IMG/VR virus record: IMGVR_UViG_3300022902_000004
Location: 126,268 to 190,267 of that record
Direction: 5' to 3' (one strand)
Length of the DNA stretch: 64,000 nt
Origin: a virus
The notes below the pieces were generated by a model. It was not told the DNA's origin. It saw only the letters and a program-made list of their open reading frames with translations, and searched no databases. Each line of letters opens with the position of its first letter. Position 1 is the stretch's first letter. This document shows, in pieces, positions 45,782 to 54,930 of the stretch. The position numbers were made by a program, and so were the translations under genes.

Positions 45782-48277
45782 TTAATAATCGAGGCGGACT
45801 CTTACCACGTATCGGTCGCCGTCTCGCTTAATTGCAGGTTGTGCGAAGTTGGCACGACCTACAACGTTTAGGTTCTCATCATGGAATTGCATTCCCGTCA
45901 GGTATACAAATGACTTCGCCGTTTCATTGGGGTAATCACTTGGAACCATGTCCTGGTATGTCGGGTTCGGCGATGAGTTGACGAAACCCTTGTCGACAGG
46001 GACGTTGACTTCAAGGACGTGGATATTTCGCTGGCCTTCAAATGAGATTTCCCAGGCATCAGAACCAAACATAGGAAGATTCGGAGATTTGACAACGAGG
46101 ATTCCCTCTTCATAAATCACATTTCCAACCGACGCCCAGGTTGCATGTGAGCCCTCCGAATCAGCTCGGTACAGGTTACCATACCCATCGTCTTTCAGGG
46201 TTATCTGGACCCTCCCGTTCGACCCTGTTACAGCCAAATCCTTCAACACAATCGATTTTGGTTTCAATTGGTCGCCATAGAACATGTTTGACACATCAAA
46301 GAACACAACTTCATTCGAACTCGGGTCCTTTGTTCGCTGGAGAATTGTCAGAATGTTCGCGGGAGAAACAGCAGGATCCTCAGGGGTCGGACCGATTAGC
46401 GGAGCAACAATAGATCCAGAGATAAGTTTTGCCGTCCCTTGCTGGTCATCAAATTTTGGAAGAAATTCTGTGCTGACCAGATTTTCCAACGTAATCAATG
46501 ACAGGTCAATATTTCCAAAATCATTTCTAAATTTGTCCAGAATCGAACCGCTGGTAGCTTTGTCCAAGTTTCCTGAAAGCAACATTTTGAAATTCGGTGT
46601 GAACCTTCCGTTATCGCATGGAAGAATCGACAAGTTTCGTTTTCTATGGCTGCCGGATTCGTAGATCCAGTAGTTTGCAGATTTCGGTGTGATCGTCGTC
46701 GAATCAATTTGTGATGTTTCAAGACCGAGGTGCCGCGGTGTGGTTCCACGAACAAACTCACGAGTGAAGTTTTGAATGTTTAGCTCATGACCTCCAACAC
46801 CAAATGACATCGCTACGTTGAATGGATCGTTTGTCGTTCCAGTCGTATAGAAGAATGGAGTTTGATTCACATATCGAGGTTGGACTGCTTTGACGAAGAA
46901 TGGTGGCACATAGAATAACAACCCATCATTCGCAGAGCTTCCAGACAATTTTTGATCCGTGCCGGTCACATTACCATGAATGTAGTAATCACTAAATTCG
47001 GCACCTTTCATCGATGATGTCAGTATTTGTTGGTTGCTTCGGTAATTGTCGTAAATCTTGAGATCGTGAACCTCAGCATTCAACGGGTGACTGAACGATG
47101 AATCCGTCGGGTCTGTAGCACCATCATCGTCGTTGAAGTTCAGAACTCCGAATTGCCTGTGAGCTGTTGGGTTGAAATATCCTGCGATCGGTTTTGTGTC
47201 GTAGTTGCTTCCATCATAGAAGTTGCCGATGAACAAAGCATCAGCATCATGGTACTCATTCGATGTTACAATCGGTTGCATGACTGAAGCGCTTGTGATT
47301 GGGAATGTTCCCTTTTCCTGGCCGTCGATTACAAACGATCCGGTGCCACGAGCAACATTCTCACCTCCCCAACGGACAGCAATATGGTGCCACTTGTTGA
47401 AGGATAATGAGTTGTCGTCTGACATGAATAAGAAGCCCGGGTCAGCAGTCGCTCCTGGTGCAGTAACTGAATCGCCTGAGATTGTTATTTCGCTGGGTTT
47501 GATTTCTGCCGACTGGCTCAATTGGAGCAACAAACGGAAACCATCAGGCTTCGCCGTCTTCGATGAAATAGATGAACCGGTCACCAAACTAATCGCGTAT
47601 GACGACGACATATGGAAAATCGTGCCGGGTCGGTACTCATCCCCTACGTTCTCAGTTGTGTATCTCGGGTTGACATAGAAATCAAATGTGAAACTGGAAC
47701 TTGGGGCGTAAACATTTGTATCCTCAAGCGCGACCGTTCCAGTTCCTGCCGGGTAAATCAGGCATGTGTTCTCGGGAAGGTATGAGGATGTCACGAAATT
47801 CAGCGAATGATAGTTTGAATATGCCCATTGCAAAGTTGGGTATGCATGCCTGTAGAATGGAAACAATGATGTCTTCGTTACTCGTTTGCGCTGGAAATTC
47901 TTATCAATCTTGATTCCAGGCTCAAATCGTATGACATTTTGCTTCTTGTCGAATTGTGATGAACTTACAAGTCCGTGTACCTTGGAAATATATGCATCGA
48001 TAGCGCCGAAAGCGTTTATAGAGTTAGAAGCAGCCTCGACTGCGGCAGCTCTCAGGTTTTCTACTTGTTCATCATTTGCTGGATCAGCATTCAACCCAAC
48101 GTCAGAAAACACATCCTTGAACGCAGATGAGCCATCGGCGAATAAAGGAAGGGCACCGGTGATTCCAGAAGGGGTGACATGTACCATTGCCAGCGACGCA
48201 GATTTGTAGGTGCGCGCAGGTTCGGCTCGTAACGAATACCTTTCTACATTTTCTTTCGTGATCTTGATAATTGACAT
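45782..48277 (-). CDS. large structural protein (baseplate/tail fiber module, 831 aa)
   Basis: Long ORF, Ser/Thr/Gly/Asn-rich beta-type composition typical of baseplate wedge or fiber proteins. Confidence 0.5.
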   Translation of the reverse strand: MSIIKITKENVERYSLRAEPARTYKSASLAMVHVTPSGITGALPLFADGSSAFKDVFSDVGLNADPANDEQVENLRAAAVEAASNSINAFGAIDAYISKVHGLVSSSQFDKKQNVIRFEPGIKIDKNFQRKRVTKTSLFPFYRHAYPTLQWAYSNYHSLNFVTSSYLPENTCLIYPAGTGTVALEDTNVYAPSSSFTFDFYVNPRYTTENVGDEYRPGTIFHMSSSYAISLVTGSSISSKTAKPDGFRLLLQLSQSAEIKPSEITISGDSVTAPGATADPGFLFMSDDNSLSFNKWHHIAVRWGGENVARGTGSFVIDGQEKGTFPITSASVMQPIVTSNEYHDADALFIGNFYDGSNYDTKPIAGYFNPTAHRQFGVLNFNDDDGATDPTDSSFSHPLNAEVHDLKIYDNYRSNQQILTSSMKGAEFSDYYIHGNVTGTDQKLSGSSANDGLLFYVPPFFVKAVQPRYVNQTPFFYTTGTTNDPFNVAMSFGVGGHELNIQNFTREFVRGTTPRHLGLETSQIDSTTITPKSANYWIYESGSHRKRNLSILPCDNGRFTPNFKMLLSGNLDKATSGSILDKFRNDFGNIDLSLITLENLVSTEFLPKFDDQQGTAKLISGSIVAPLIGPTPEDPAVSPANILTILQRTKDPSSNEVVFFDVSNMFYGDQLKPKSIVLKDLAVTGSNGRVQITLKDDGYGNLYRADSEGSHATWASVGNVIYEEGILVVKSPNLPMFGSDAWEISFEGQRNIHVLEVNVPVDKGFVNSSPNPTYQDMVPSDYPNETAKSFVYLTGMQFHDENLNVVGRANFAQPAIKRDGDRYVVRVRLDY

Positions 48278-48343
48278 ATACAGTTCCGTCGGTCAGGCAC
48301 ACTACAACGTGTAATCCTAATTATCGACGGGCGCAAAGTAAAC

Positions 48344-48589
48344 TCAATCTACATCACCAACCAATTGTTTTCGTTGTGCATGTGACAAGAAAAGAATCCG
48401 ATTTGCTAGAATATAGCACTCGGTGCAACCCTCGCCTAGGGCGAATGTAATGCAGTGCATGATGTCGTCGTCGTTGACATTGAAGTCATCTAAGACGATA
48501 TGTAAGCAACACCCGGCAGCGTTACGGTTGTATGCAGCTTCAACGCCGGCATATATTTTGTGATCAATTACAAGCTTATTTTCGTTCAT
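48344..48589 (-). CDS. hypothetical Cys-rich small protein
   Basis: Probable start MNENKLVIDH (48589, SD GGAG). Part of the early-gene island. Confidence 0.3.
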   Translation of the reverse strand: MNENKLVIDHKIYAGVEAAYNRNAAGCCLHIVLDDFNVNDDDIMHCITFALGEGCTECYILANRILFLSHAQRKQLVGDVD

Positions 48590-48857
48590 CGAGGAACTCC
48601 GACACTTTCTTGTTCCATACAACAACTGCTGGCCACCAATTATAGCCTGGATCGGGTACGTGGTAAACGACCTGCCCAATAGCGACAGTCCAACCGTCGG
48701 GTACACGCATAACATGAGGCGGCGTCGGTCCTGCGGAGATGCGGAAATTCCTGGCACCGACCCATTTCTCTTCAGCTAACGCTGCCCAGGTCATGCCGTC
48801 TAGATACTCACGTCTTCCGAGATCGCGGGTTTCAAGAGCTTCCATTTTATCTTTCAT
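48576..48857 (-). CDS. hypothetical protein
   Basis: Probable start MKDKMEALETRD at 48857. Trp-rich. Confidence 0.3.
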   Translation of the reverse strand: MKDKMEALETRDLGRREYLDGMTWAALAEEKWVGARNFRISAGPTPPHVMRVPDGWTVAIGQVVYHVPDPGYNWWPAVVVWNKKVSEFLDERK

Positions 48858-49752
48858 GCTGATCCTCATCCCACATGTATCGCGGGTCATCAGCGAAATT
48901 CTTGTACAATGTGGCGCCACCGGCGACCAACCCAAATACGTCCAGATCGAACTCAGCCTTTCCCTTTGTCATGGAAAACTGGCCAGGCTTCCCTTTCTCA
49001 TAGTCGGCGACCTTGCGATAAATGTCAACCGGAGGAACCCATTTGAACGGAATGTGTGTGGTGCAGTGCTCGCCTGCATTGTAATACGGCACTCGCTGGA
49101 TCGGATCATCAGGATCATCCAAAATGATGTCAGGATGGGCAGCCAAAATCTCCGCTGCTTTCTTGAGATCATATCGACCTTCGGTGAATGAACCATTCAT
49201 GTAGTCGTAGTGACGACCTGCCGGTAATGGTAAACCCTTTGCATCAAAAATGAGGTGATTGTAATTGTATTCCTCGATCAAAATCAACTTTTTGCCTTTC
49301 TCAATCGCAGCAAACGGTTTCTCACACTCACAAGCACTCAATTTGTCATAAACGTCCATGTACCCATAGCCGACTGACTGAACGATATCGAGATATTCCT
49401 GGGTGACAAGCTTGAAAATAGTATGGTTACCGTCACGCGTGGTGAAGTAGCTGCGCGACATTCGGAGCTGACCTTGACCTCGCAGGATTGCATCGAGCTC
49501 TGATTTCAAACAGATCCCTTCTGACATTTCAACATCATACTTCTTGCGCTGGGATTCATCCTGTAGGTTCACCAGAGATTCATCTTCGGCTCGTGATGCC
49601 ATTCGACACACAACGAAACCCAGATCGTTGTCTGGAAGAGGCAGAAATTCAATGTTGCGGGATGTGACCCTTGTAACCTTACTCCAGTTTCGTTGTGCGT
49701 TTTTCATCCTAACCCTCCCTGGCACCCAATGATTTCCTTGAGCACAGCCCAC
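48847..49752 (-). CDS. hypothetical protein (301 aa)
   Basis: Dominant-strand ORF in the early-gene island. No motif recognized. Confidence 0.45.
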   Translation of the reverse strand: MGCAQGNHWVPGRVRMKNAQRNWSKVTRVTSRNIEFLPLPDNDLGFVVCRMASRAEDESLVNLQDESQRKKYDVEMSEGICLKSELDAILRGQGQLRMSRSYFTTRDGNHTIFKLVTQEYLDIVQSVGYGYMDVYDKLSACECEKPFAAIEKGKKLILIEEYNYNHLIFDAKGLPLPAGRHYDYMNGSFTEGRYDLKKAAEILAAHPDIILDDPDDPIQRVPYYNAGEHCTTHIPFKWVPPVDIYRKVADYEKGKPGQFSMTKGKAEFDLDVFGLVAGGATLYKNFADDPRYMWDEDQHER

Positions 49753-49970
49753 GGGATTTCTGCTGTTACCGCCTGGAATCCGGCGTAACCTTGTCCGCTC
49801 GTCTCACCTAAAGCGCTAAGGCCGAGGTCACCACACCAGACTTCGATGTTCTCTGGTCCTTCAATGTCGAAGCCAGGCTGACCTGACCGGATCGTGATCT
49901 CCCAGCCCTGACAATGCCAGCGGGAAATTCCGTACTCGTCAGTTTTCCAAGTTTTTTCTTCGTGTGTCAT
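49704..49970 (-). CDS. hypothetical protein
   Basis: 88-aa ORF directly downstream of promoter 49992..50019. SD GGGGGTGA. Confidence 0.4.
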   Translation of the reverse strand: MTHEEKTWKTDEYGISRWHCQGWEITIRSGQPGFDIEGPENIEVWCGDLGLSALGETSGQGYAGFQAVTAEIPWAVLKEIIGCQGGLG

Positions 49971-49991
49971 GCTTCACCCCCGTACACATCA

Positions 49992-50019
49992 ATTATACCA
50001 CGATATGATGACTCTTACA
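49992..50019 (-). promoter_or_regulatory. sigma70-like promoter family member (TGTAAG-N16-TATAAT)
   Basis: Coding-strand sequence CGTGTAAG AGTCATCATATCGTGG TATAAT, 20 nt before the SD of 49704..49970. Confidence 0.55.
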
Positions 50020-50491
50020 CGATTCGGCTGGAGTTATTTGTCTCCATTTTGTCTGGTTCGAAACCTGGGATGCGAATCTTATATGTTGATGCCTGCCATG
50101 CTGACTCGTCATGACCGTACCACATCCATCCTGCCCTGGCATTATGCGGCGCTACATTGGCACGCTGATAAACAAGACCTTCACGGTTCAGTCGCATCAA
50201 TGCCTTGTGAACATCTTTTTCATATGCTTCAAGCTTGATCGCTAGCCCCTCTTTCGTCACACGGGGCATAAAATGATGGACTTCGAATGGGTCATCCTTC
50301 GTTTTGCTTTTGACAACCCATTCTCGAATTTTTGCTTGTACTACTTCCTTGACCTCTTCGTAGCAATCTCGTTTCTTTCGCCGGATGTGAACCTTTTTAC
50401 GCTTATGGTTTCCGCCACCTGAGAGTCTCCCGGCGGGATGCATTGGGAGCTCACGCCTATCCGGACTATTACTTGAATACTTTCCGTGCAT
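50015..50491 (-). CDS. hypothetical basic protein, possible winged-helix DNA-binding (LMRLNREGLV)
   Basis: 158 aa with a K/R-rich N-terminus. ATGA overlap with the upstream gene. Confidence 0.4.
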   Translation of the reverse strand: MHGKYSSNSPDRRELPMHPAGRLSGGGNHKRKKVHIRRKKRDCYEEVKEVVQAKIREWVVKSKTKDDPFEVHHFMPRVTKEGLAIKLEAYEKDVHKALMRLNREGLVYQRANVAPHNARAGWMWYGHDESAWQASTYKIRIPGFEPDKMETNNSSRIV

Positions 50492-50829
50492 TACACATTC
50501 TCCTTGACATATGCGAACACAAGTTCCTTCTCGTCTGGCGTCAGTTTCTTCAGCGCTTGCGACAAGGCAACATGTTTTAGTTGTCCCGAGTCCAGGACTC
50601 CTTTTAGATATGTCGCCGGGACGTTTTGGTCAGTGATGCACTGAATCGCAGTGCTGTACACCTTCACTTCCCTAATCGCAAAAGAGGCTTCGTAAGGGCC
50701 ACCCATCGCTTCATGCTTCCAGCCAGATTTGCGGATAACATCGGCGTCCTCGTAGTTTAGAAAATAACCTACTGTTTTGCTGCTTCGCCCTTCACAATCG
50801 GCGGCGGCCTTTAGCTCGAAAACTTTCAT
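50491..50829 (-). CDS. hypothetical protein
   Basis: 112-aa ORF, translationally coupled to its neighbours. Confidence 0.4.
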   Translation of the reverse strand: MKVFELKAAADCEGRSSKTVGYFLNYEDADVIRKSGWKHEAMGGPYEASFAIREVKVYSTAIQCITDQNVPATYLKGVLDSGQLKHVALSQALKKLTPDEKELVFAYVKENV

Positions 50830-51533
50830 TTCTTACCTTCCTGGACGTGAATTAACACATCAAGCAATCCGCGCTGGTTGCGGAGGATGATTTTGAGGTT
50901 CTCATACGCCGGGTATTGACGTGGGAACTTTCGGCGGGCATGCCGAATCATTGGGAAGAACCACGTGTCCAGCTCACCGACGTACTTTTTCTGCTTGGGA
51001 ACGTCGAAAACGCCCTGCATCGTTTGGAGATTGTGGGCACGGTCAGCCAATTTCACCAGGCTGGCGATTGGATCCTCACTCATCTCACTGAAATACGAAT
51101 CGTATGTCTTGACAAGACCGGCTGATTTCTTCGAAAGGTGCCAGACTGCAGTAGCAACTCGCTCGCCGAACTTTGTCTCAAGATCGTTTCGAGTGAAACG
51201 TTCGGAGTGATCTTCCAGCACGTCATGAAGAATCGCCGCTGCCAGCGTATCCTCAGGGAACATAAAATTCGCCTCGAGGGTTGTTAATAGCCGGGTCACC
51301 GAAAGCTGGTGATGAAACTTAGGAGTCAGTCCATCCTTACGGGTTCCGCATTCAAGGGCACGGACCAGCTCCAACGCCTCGAGTGCCTTGTAATAACCCT
51401 TACCGTCAAGCCAGCCTCGCATGGTGGAAAGCTGCTTACGATGACGAACCTCAATCTCTGACGGTTCATGACATGCTGGTAACTGTTCAATGGTTTTCAT
51501 AGGCACCTCTAGTCGTTCAAAACGTGCAAGCAA
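50826..51533 (-). CDS. RelA/SpoT-type HD-domain hydrolase (small alarmone hydrolase-like, putative (p)ppGpp/ppApp pyrophosphohydrolase)
   Basis: FHHQLSVTRL ... AAILHDVLEDHSERFTRNDLETKFGERVATAVWHLSKK ... KLADRAHNLQTM match the Rel/SpoT hydrolase signature (H..H, HDxxED, FG..VA.LV, KLADRLHNMRT). Confidence 0.75.
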   Translation of the reverse strand: MLARFERLEVPMKTIEQLPACHEPSEIEVRHRKQLSTMRGWLDGKGYYKALEALELVRALECGTRKDGLTPKFHHQLSVTRLLTTLEANFMFPEDTLAAAILHDVLEDHSERFTRNDLETKFGERVATAVWHLSKKSAGLVKTYDSYFSEMSEDPIASLVKLADRAHNLQTMQGVFDVPKQKKYVGELDTWFFPMIRHARRKFPRQYPAYENLKIILRNQRGLLDVLIHVQEGKK

Positions 51534-51763
51534 ATGCCAGTTTCCTCGTTCTTGTATTTCGTTCCGCGGATTTCATTCATGTGCTCGACATATCCGGTGA
51601 ATTGGAACATCTTCTTTTCACCAGTGTGATGACTCACAACAATCGGCTCGTTGGTCCATGAGTAGAAATTGCCTGGCCAACGAAGATCAGATGCCTCAGC
51701 GACCAACAGCTTATCTGCTGAGTGCCAGCTCATGGTATGTGTGCTAATCTCTTCAAGAAACAT
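51509..51763 (-). CDS. hypothetical protein
   Basis: 84-aa ORF. Start ambiguous (M1 or M11). Confidence 0.3.
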   Translation of the reverse strand: MFLEEISTHTMSWHSADKLLVAEASDLRWPGNFYSWTNEPIVVSHHTGEKKMFQFTGYVEHMNEIRGTKYKNEETGICLHVLND

Positions 51764-51896
51764 GGTGTTGTCCCTGGTCGTATGTTGTGCTGCCTGGTAC
51801 CTTAGTATGCATTGAAATCATTCGGAGCGTACACAGGTCATTCTGGGGTCCTTCATGTTCATTCGTAAGCATCTGGTTTCCCCTGGTTACATAAGA

Positions 51897-51924
51897 ATTA
51901 TATCACGTTTTTCGGACTCTTACA
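51897..51924 (-). promoter_or_regulatory. sigma70-like promoter family member (TGTAAG-N16-TATAAT)
   Basis: Coding-strand sequence CGTGTAAG AGTCCGAAAAACGTGA TATAAT. Confidence 0.5.
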
Positions 51925-52141
51925 CGTTATACACGACATATTTCCAAGACGGGAAACAAACATATCCTGAGTCGCATAGCACCTGGGCCGTGGTTGTTTC
52001 ATAACTGTACCCGCCATGACTAGACAGCCTTGTCCCAGTCTTATGAACTGCAATGAAAAGGCCGAACCCACAATGCTCTGCGGTGCTGCGTGTCATGACA
52101 GCAACCAAATCACCCTTCTTCATGCTCACCTTTCGATTCAT
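51920..52141 (-). CDS. small hypothetical protein
   Basis: Likely start MKKGDLVAVM (SD AAGGTGA). Directly downstream of promoter 52152..52179. Confidence 0.3.
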   Translation of the reverse strand: MNRKVSMKKGDLVAVMTRSTAEHCGFGLFIAVHKTGTRLSSHGGYSYETTTAQVLCDSGYVCFPSWKYVVYNV

Positions 52142-52151
52142 GGTACAATAG

Positions 52152-52179
52152 TACTATATCACGACGGAAGGAAGATTAC
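52152..52179 (-). promoter_or_regulatory. sigma70-like promoter family member (TGTAAT-N16-TATAGT)
   Basis: Coding-strand sequence CGTGTAAT CTTCCTTCCGTCGTGA TATAGT. First promoter after structural gene 52191..53480. Confidence 0.5.
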
Positions 52180-52190
52180 ACGAAAATACC

Positions 52191-53480
52191 CTAGAAGTCC
52201 ATACGAATTCTGAACGTCACGTCTTTCTCATCATTCTTCTCGATGGGACGTGAAACCTTCGCAACGGCAAGTAGATTACCGAACTCGTCGTGAAGACCAA
52301 CCGTCGTCGGCATTGTAAATGTTCGCTGGACGTCTTCCTGCCCACTGTCGACAACGCGGATTCGACCGGTTGAGTCTGCGAAGGTTGGGTTCGTTGAGTA
52401 ATTGAACTCATCCGCGGTTGCACGACAGAAAACCAGTGTGCTGTTGATGTTAGTGCTATTCTGGAACGTTGCTGCCGTCAGGGTTCCGGATTGGAAACGA
52501 GCGTTGGCAACGTGATCAACAATATCGTCAATTGAGGCTGATACAAGGAAGTCCGGGATGAACTTTGCCAAGTCGTTGCCAGCTCCTGAGCCTGTCGTTC
52601 CTAGGACGATTTTACCGGCGGCAACGGATGCACCGTTGATTGTCGCTGCTGTGGACATGGCGTCAATTGTGCCAGACATTTTTTGTGAGCCTGAGAACAC
52701 CTTCGCCATGTCCAGTACAATCATTCCTGCGTCGTAGAAGATCAAACCGGCGTTGATGTTGGTGTTGGCTGCGTTCTTGATAGCGCCGACGCCACCGCCG
52801 AATGTTCGACGTTGGTTTGTACTAGCACCAATGTCGGTGAAGATACCGGAGCCTGAAACTGACGTGTGATTGATGTTGTCGCGGCCGTACCCGATCAGAG
52901 ATGTGTCTTCGCCATGGTCAGCAACCGACGCACTCTGGAACAATCGTACCGCAAAGGTTTCTCGCTTGATTCCATCTCGAGTGAAGAGTCGCTTGAAGTT
53001 GAGGAATAGTGCATTGTCGATGCGATTGCCGGTCGTATCGGTGCCCGGGGTCGTCTTGATTTGGAATGGCGAGAAGAATGCTTGGTCGGCGTCGCCGAGC
53101 AATGACGCCGCAAACTGCCTATAAACGTCCACCTTCTCGCGCATCATCAAACTTTGTGATTGAAACAGCAACTTTCCAGCCGAATCCTCACCGGTTTTTG
53201 CGTCCTGCACTGTAGAACCGCTATACCATAAACCAACGGTCATGTCCATAACCGGGTTGGCAGTTTGCAACGTAAAGTCTTGGTCGTAAACTGTTTGGAA
53301 TAACGAACTTGTCACTCCCGGGCCGATGCCTCCCGTTACAAAAATCTGGTACGCACGGCGAGTGGTGCTTCCTGATACGTCTTCCTGGATTACATCAACG
53401 AGTTGATGCAAAACAGACCGAGAGACCTTGATGTCCTCAGGTGAAATTCTTTTGAAGCTTCCGCCAACTACTTTTGCCAT
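52191..53480 (-). CDS. structural protein (baseplate/tail fiber module, 429 aa)
   Basis: Gly/Ser/Thr/Asn-rich. SD GAGAGA. Same operon as the large structural genes. Confidence 0.5.
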   Translation of the reverse strand: MAKVVGGSFKRISPEDIKVSRSVLHQLVDVIQEDVSGSTTRRAYQIFVTGGIGPGVTSSLFQTVYDQDFTLQTANPVMDMTVGLWYSGSTVQDAKTGEDSAGKLLFQSQSLMMREKVDVYRQFAASLLGDADQAFFSPFQIKTTPGTDTTGNRIDNALFLNFKRLFTRDGIKRETFAVRLFQSASVADHGEDTSLIGYGRDNINHTSVSGSGIFTDIGASTNQRRTFGGGVGAIKNAANTNINAGLIFYDAGMIVLDMAKVFSGSQKMSGTIDAMSTAATINGASVAAGKIVLGTTGSGAGNDLAKFIPDFLVSASIDDIVDHVANARFQSGTLTAATFQNSTNINSTLVFCRATADEFNYSTNPTFADSTGRIRVVDSGQEDVQRTFTMPTTVGLHDEFGNLLAVAKVSRPIEKNDEKDVTFRIRMDF

Positions 53481-53495
53481 GGTTTATATCTCTCG

Positions 53496-54185
53496 TTATT
53501 TGGTAATCGTAACACTAAATTCTTTTCGAAGACCTGATTGGTCGCCGACCACCGCTACGACTGTGTTGATTGTTGTACCGTCGCCATAAACACTGAACAT
53601 TGTGTCATCCAGTGACGTCCGGGTTTGTAAGTCGAAACTTGTTTGCGCGCCATTCTTACTTGACGTTGACTTCCTAACAAGGTTGTAACTTGCGATTCTT
53701 GTGATTGCTTCAATCTGCAGCGGGCTCGAACCTGGTATAGTCAGGAACCGATCTGGCACGAAGACGGAGAACGTCACGTCCGATGTTCCATCTGGAATCT
53801 TCGTCTCAGAATCGATTCGTTGTTCGACCTTTACGTTTCTCGTTTTGTCGTTGTTTCTTGTGAATGCAATCGTATTGTCTGTTAGTCCGGTGGAACCTGC
53901 AATCGACAGTGTTGGAAGGCGGATAATCGTTGGGTCAGGAAGTGTCAGTAGGCGATTTTTTAGTGCCAAATTACCTTGCGTTTGTGCTTCGAAGATAGGC
54001 GTGTTCTTGGTGATTTTCTCTTTGCCCACCGTTCTTCCAAACTTTTGAATGACTGTGTAGTCGACTTCATCGTCCGCTAGCGAAAAGAAAGCGATTTTGA
54101 AACTGCCGTTGTTGTCGGCTAATTTCCGGCGACCCGTGTCCGTTAGAACCGCGTCGATGATTATGTTGTTTGTAGAATTGTCCAA
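53496..54185 (-). CDS. structural protein (baseplate module, 229 aa)
   Basis: TTG start 10 nt after the GIY-YIG HEG stop. Beta-rich composition. Confidence 0.45.
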   Translation of the reverse strand: MDNSTNNIIIDAVLTDTGRRKLADNNGSFKIAFFSLADDEVDYTVIQKFGRTVGKEKITKNTPIFEAQTQGNLALKNRLLTLPDPTIIRLPTLSIAGSTGLTDNTIAFTRNNDKTRNVKVEQRIDSETKIPDGTSDVTFSVFVPDRFLTIPGSSPLQIEAITRIASYNLVRKSTSSKNGAQTSFDLQTRTSLDDTMFSVYGDGTTINTVVAVVGDQSGLRKEFSVTITK

Positions 54186-54195
54186 AAAACCGATA

Positions 54196-54870
54196 TCACA
54201 CCTCCAGTGACGTATAACGCCACATGCACTTTTTATGCGTTGCTCTGTAACCTTTACAACATGCTAAAATGTTGTGGTCTTGACCACCAACGTGTTTTGC
54301 AGCATGTTGTGCCGATTCAAACCTTTGAATCTCTTTACCGGCCAAATCGAGTTGAGTTACCGGAGTTACCTTTCTTATTCTTTTTCGTAATGCAGCCGAT
54401 ATCTTCGCTCGGGCAGCCTGTGATTGCGGAGTCCCAAATGGTCGGCCACCATTACCAGGCAGGTCTGCGGCAAACAATCCTTTTGAAATTGCAGCGCAGT
54501 GTGCCTTTGATAGTTTCTTCCCCATTCGCGATTCGCTCATCTTCTTTTTTGTTTCTTCAGTGTGACGATATCCAAGCAGTCCGTCGCCGGCCAGCGTCAT
54601 GTTGTACCCACCATGATCAAGGTGTGTTTTTTCTTTTGCAATCCAAAACTTCTCTCGTTCGCGAAGAAGAGCTGTTTCACAAATCTCCAGGCACTCAACA
54701 TCAAAACTTGCTTCCCCGTATTTCCGGATTGCCTTTGATAAGACCGCTGTTGATTTCTTCCTTCGTGACGCTACAATATGCAATTTCCACCGGTCTTCGA
54801 TAGTCATCGTCGTCAACCCTACATATTGCCGATTGTTTTTGCAATTGGTAATTTTGTAGATGTTTCCCAC
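54196..54870 (-). CDS. GIY-YIG homing endonuclease (Seg-like) with NUMOD3 and NUMOD1 modules
   Basis: GNIYKITNCKNNRQYVGLTT (GIY-X10-YVG), R/E catalytic positions. NUMOD3-like GYRHTEETKKKMSESR. C-terminal NUMOD1-like FESAQHAAKHVGGQDHNILACCKGYRATHKKCMWRY. GTG start with SD AGGAGA. Confidence 0.8.
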   Translation of the reverse strand: MGNIYKITNCKNNRQYVGLTTMTIEDRWKLHIVASRRKKSTAVLSKAIRKYGEASFDVECLEICETALLREREKFWIAKEKTHLDHGGYNMTLAGDGLLGYRHTEETKKKMSESRMGKKLSKAHCAAISKGLFAADLPGNGGRPFGTPQSQAARAKISAALRKRIRKVTPVTQLDLAGKEIQRFESAQHAAKHVGGQDHNILACCKGYRATHKKCMWRYTSLEV

Positions 54871-54930
54871 GGTTTCTCCTATAATGATTGCCGGATAATG
54901 AGGTCCCGCACATAACTAAATATCACATAC

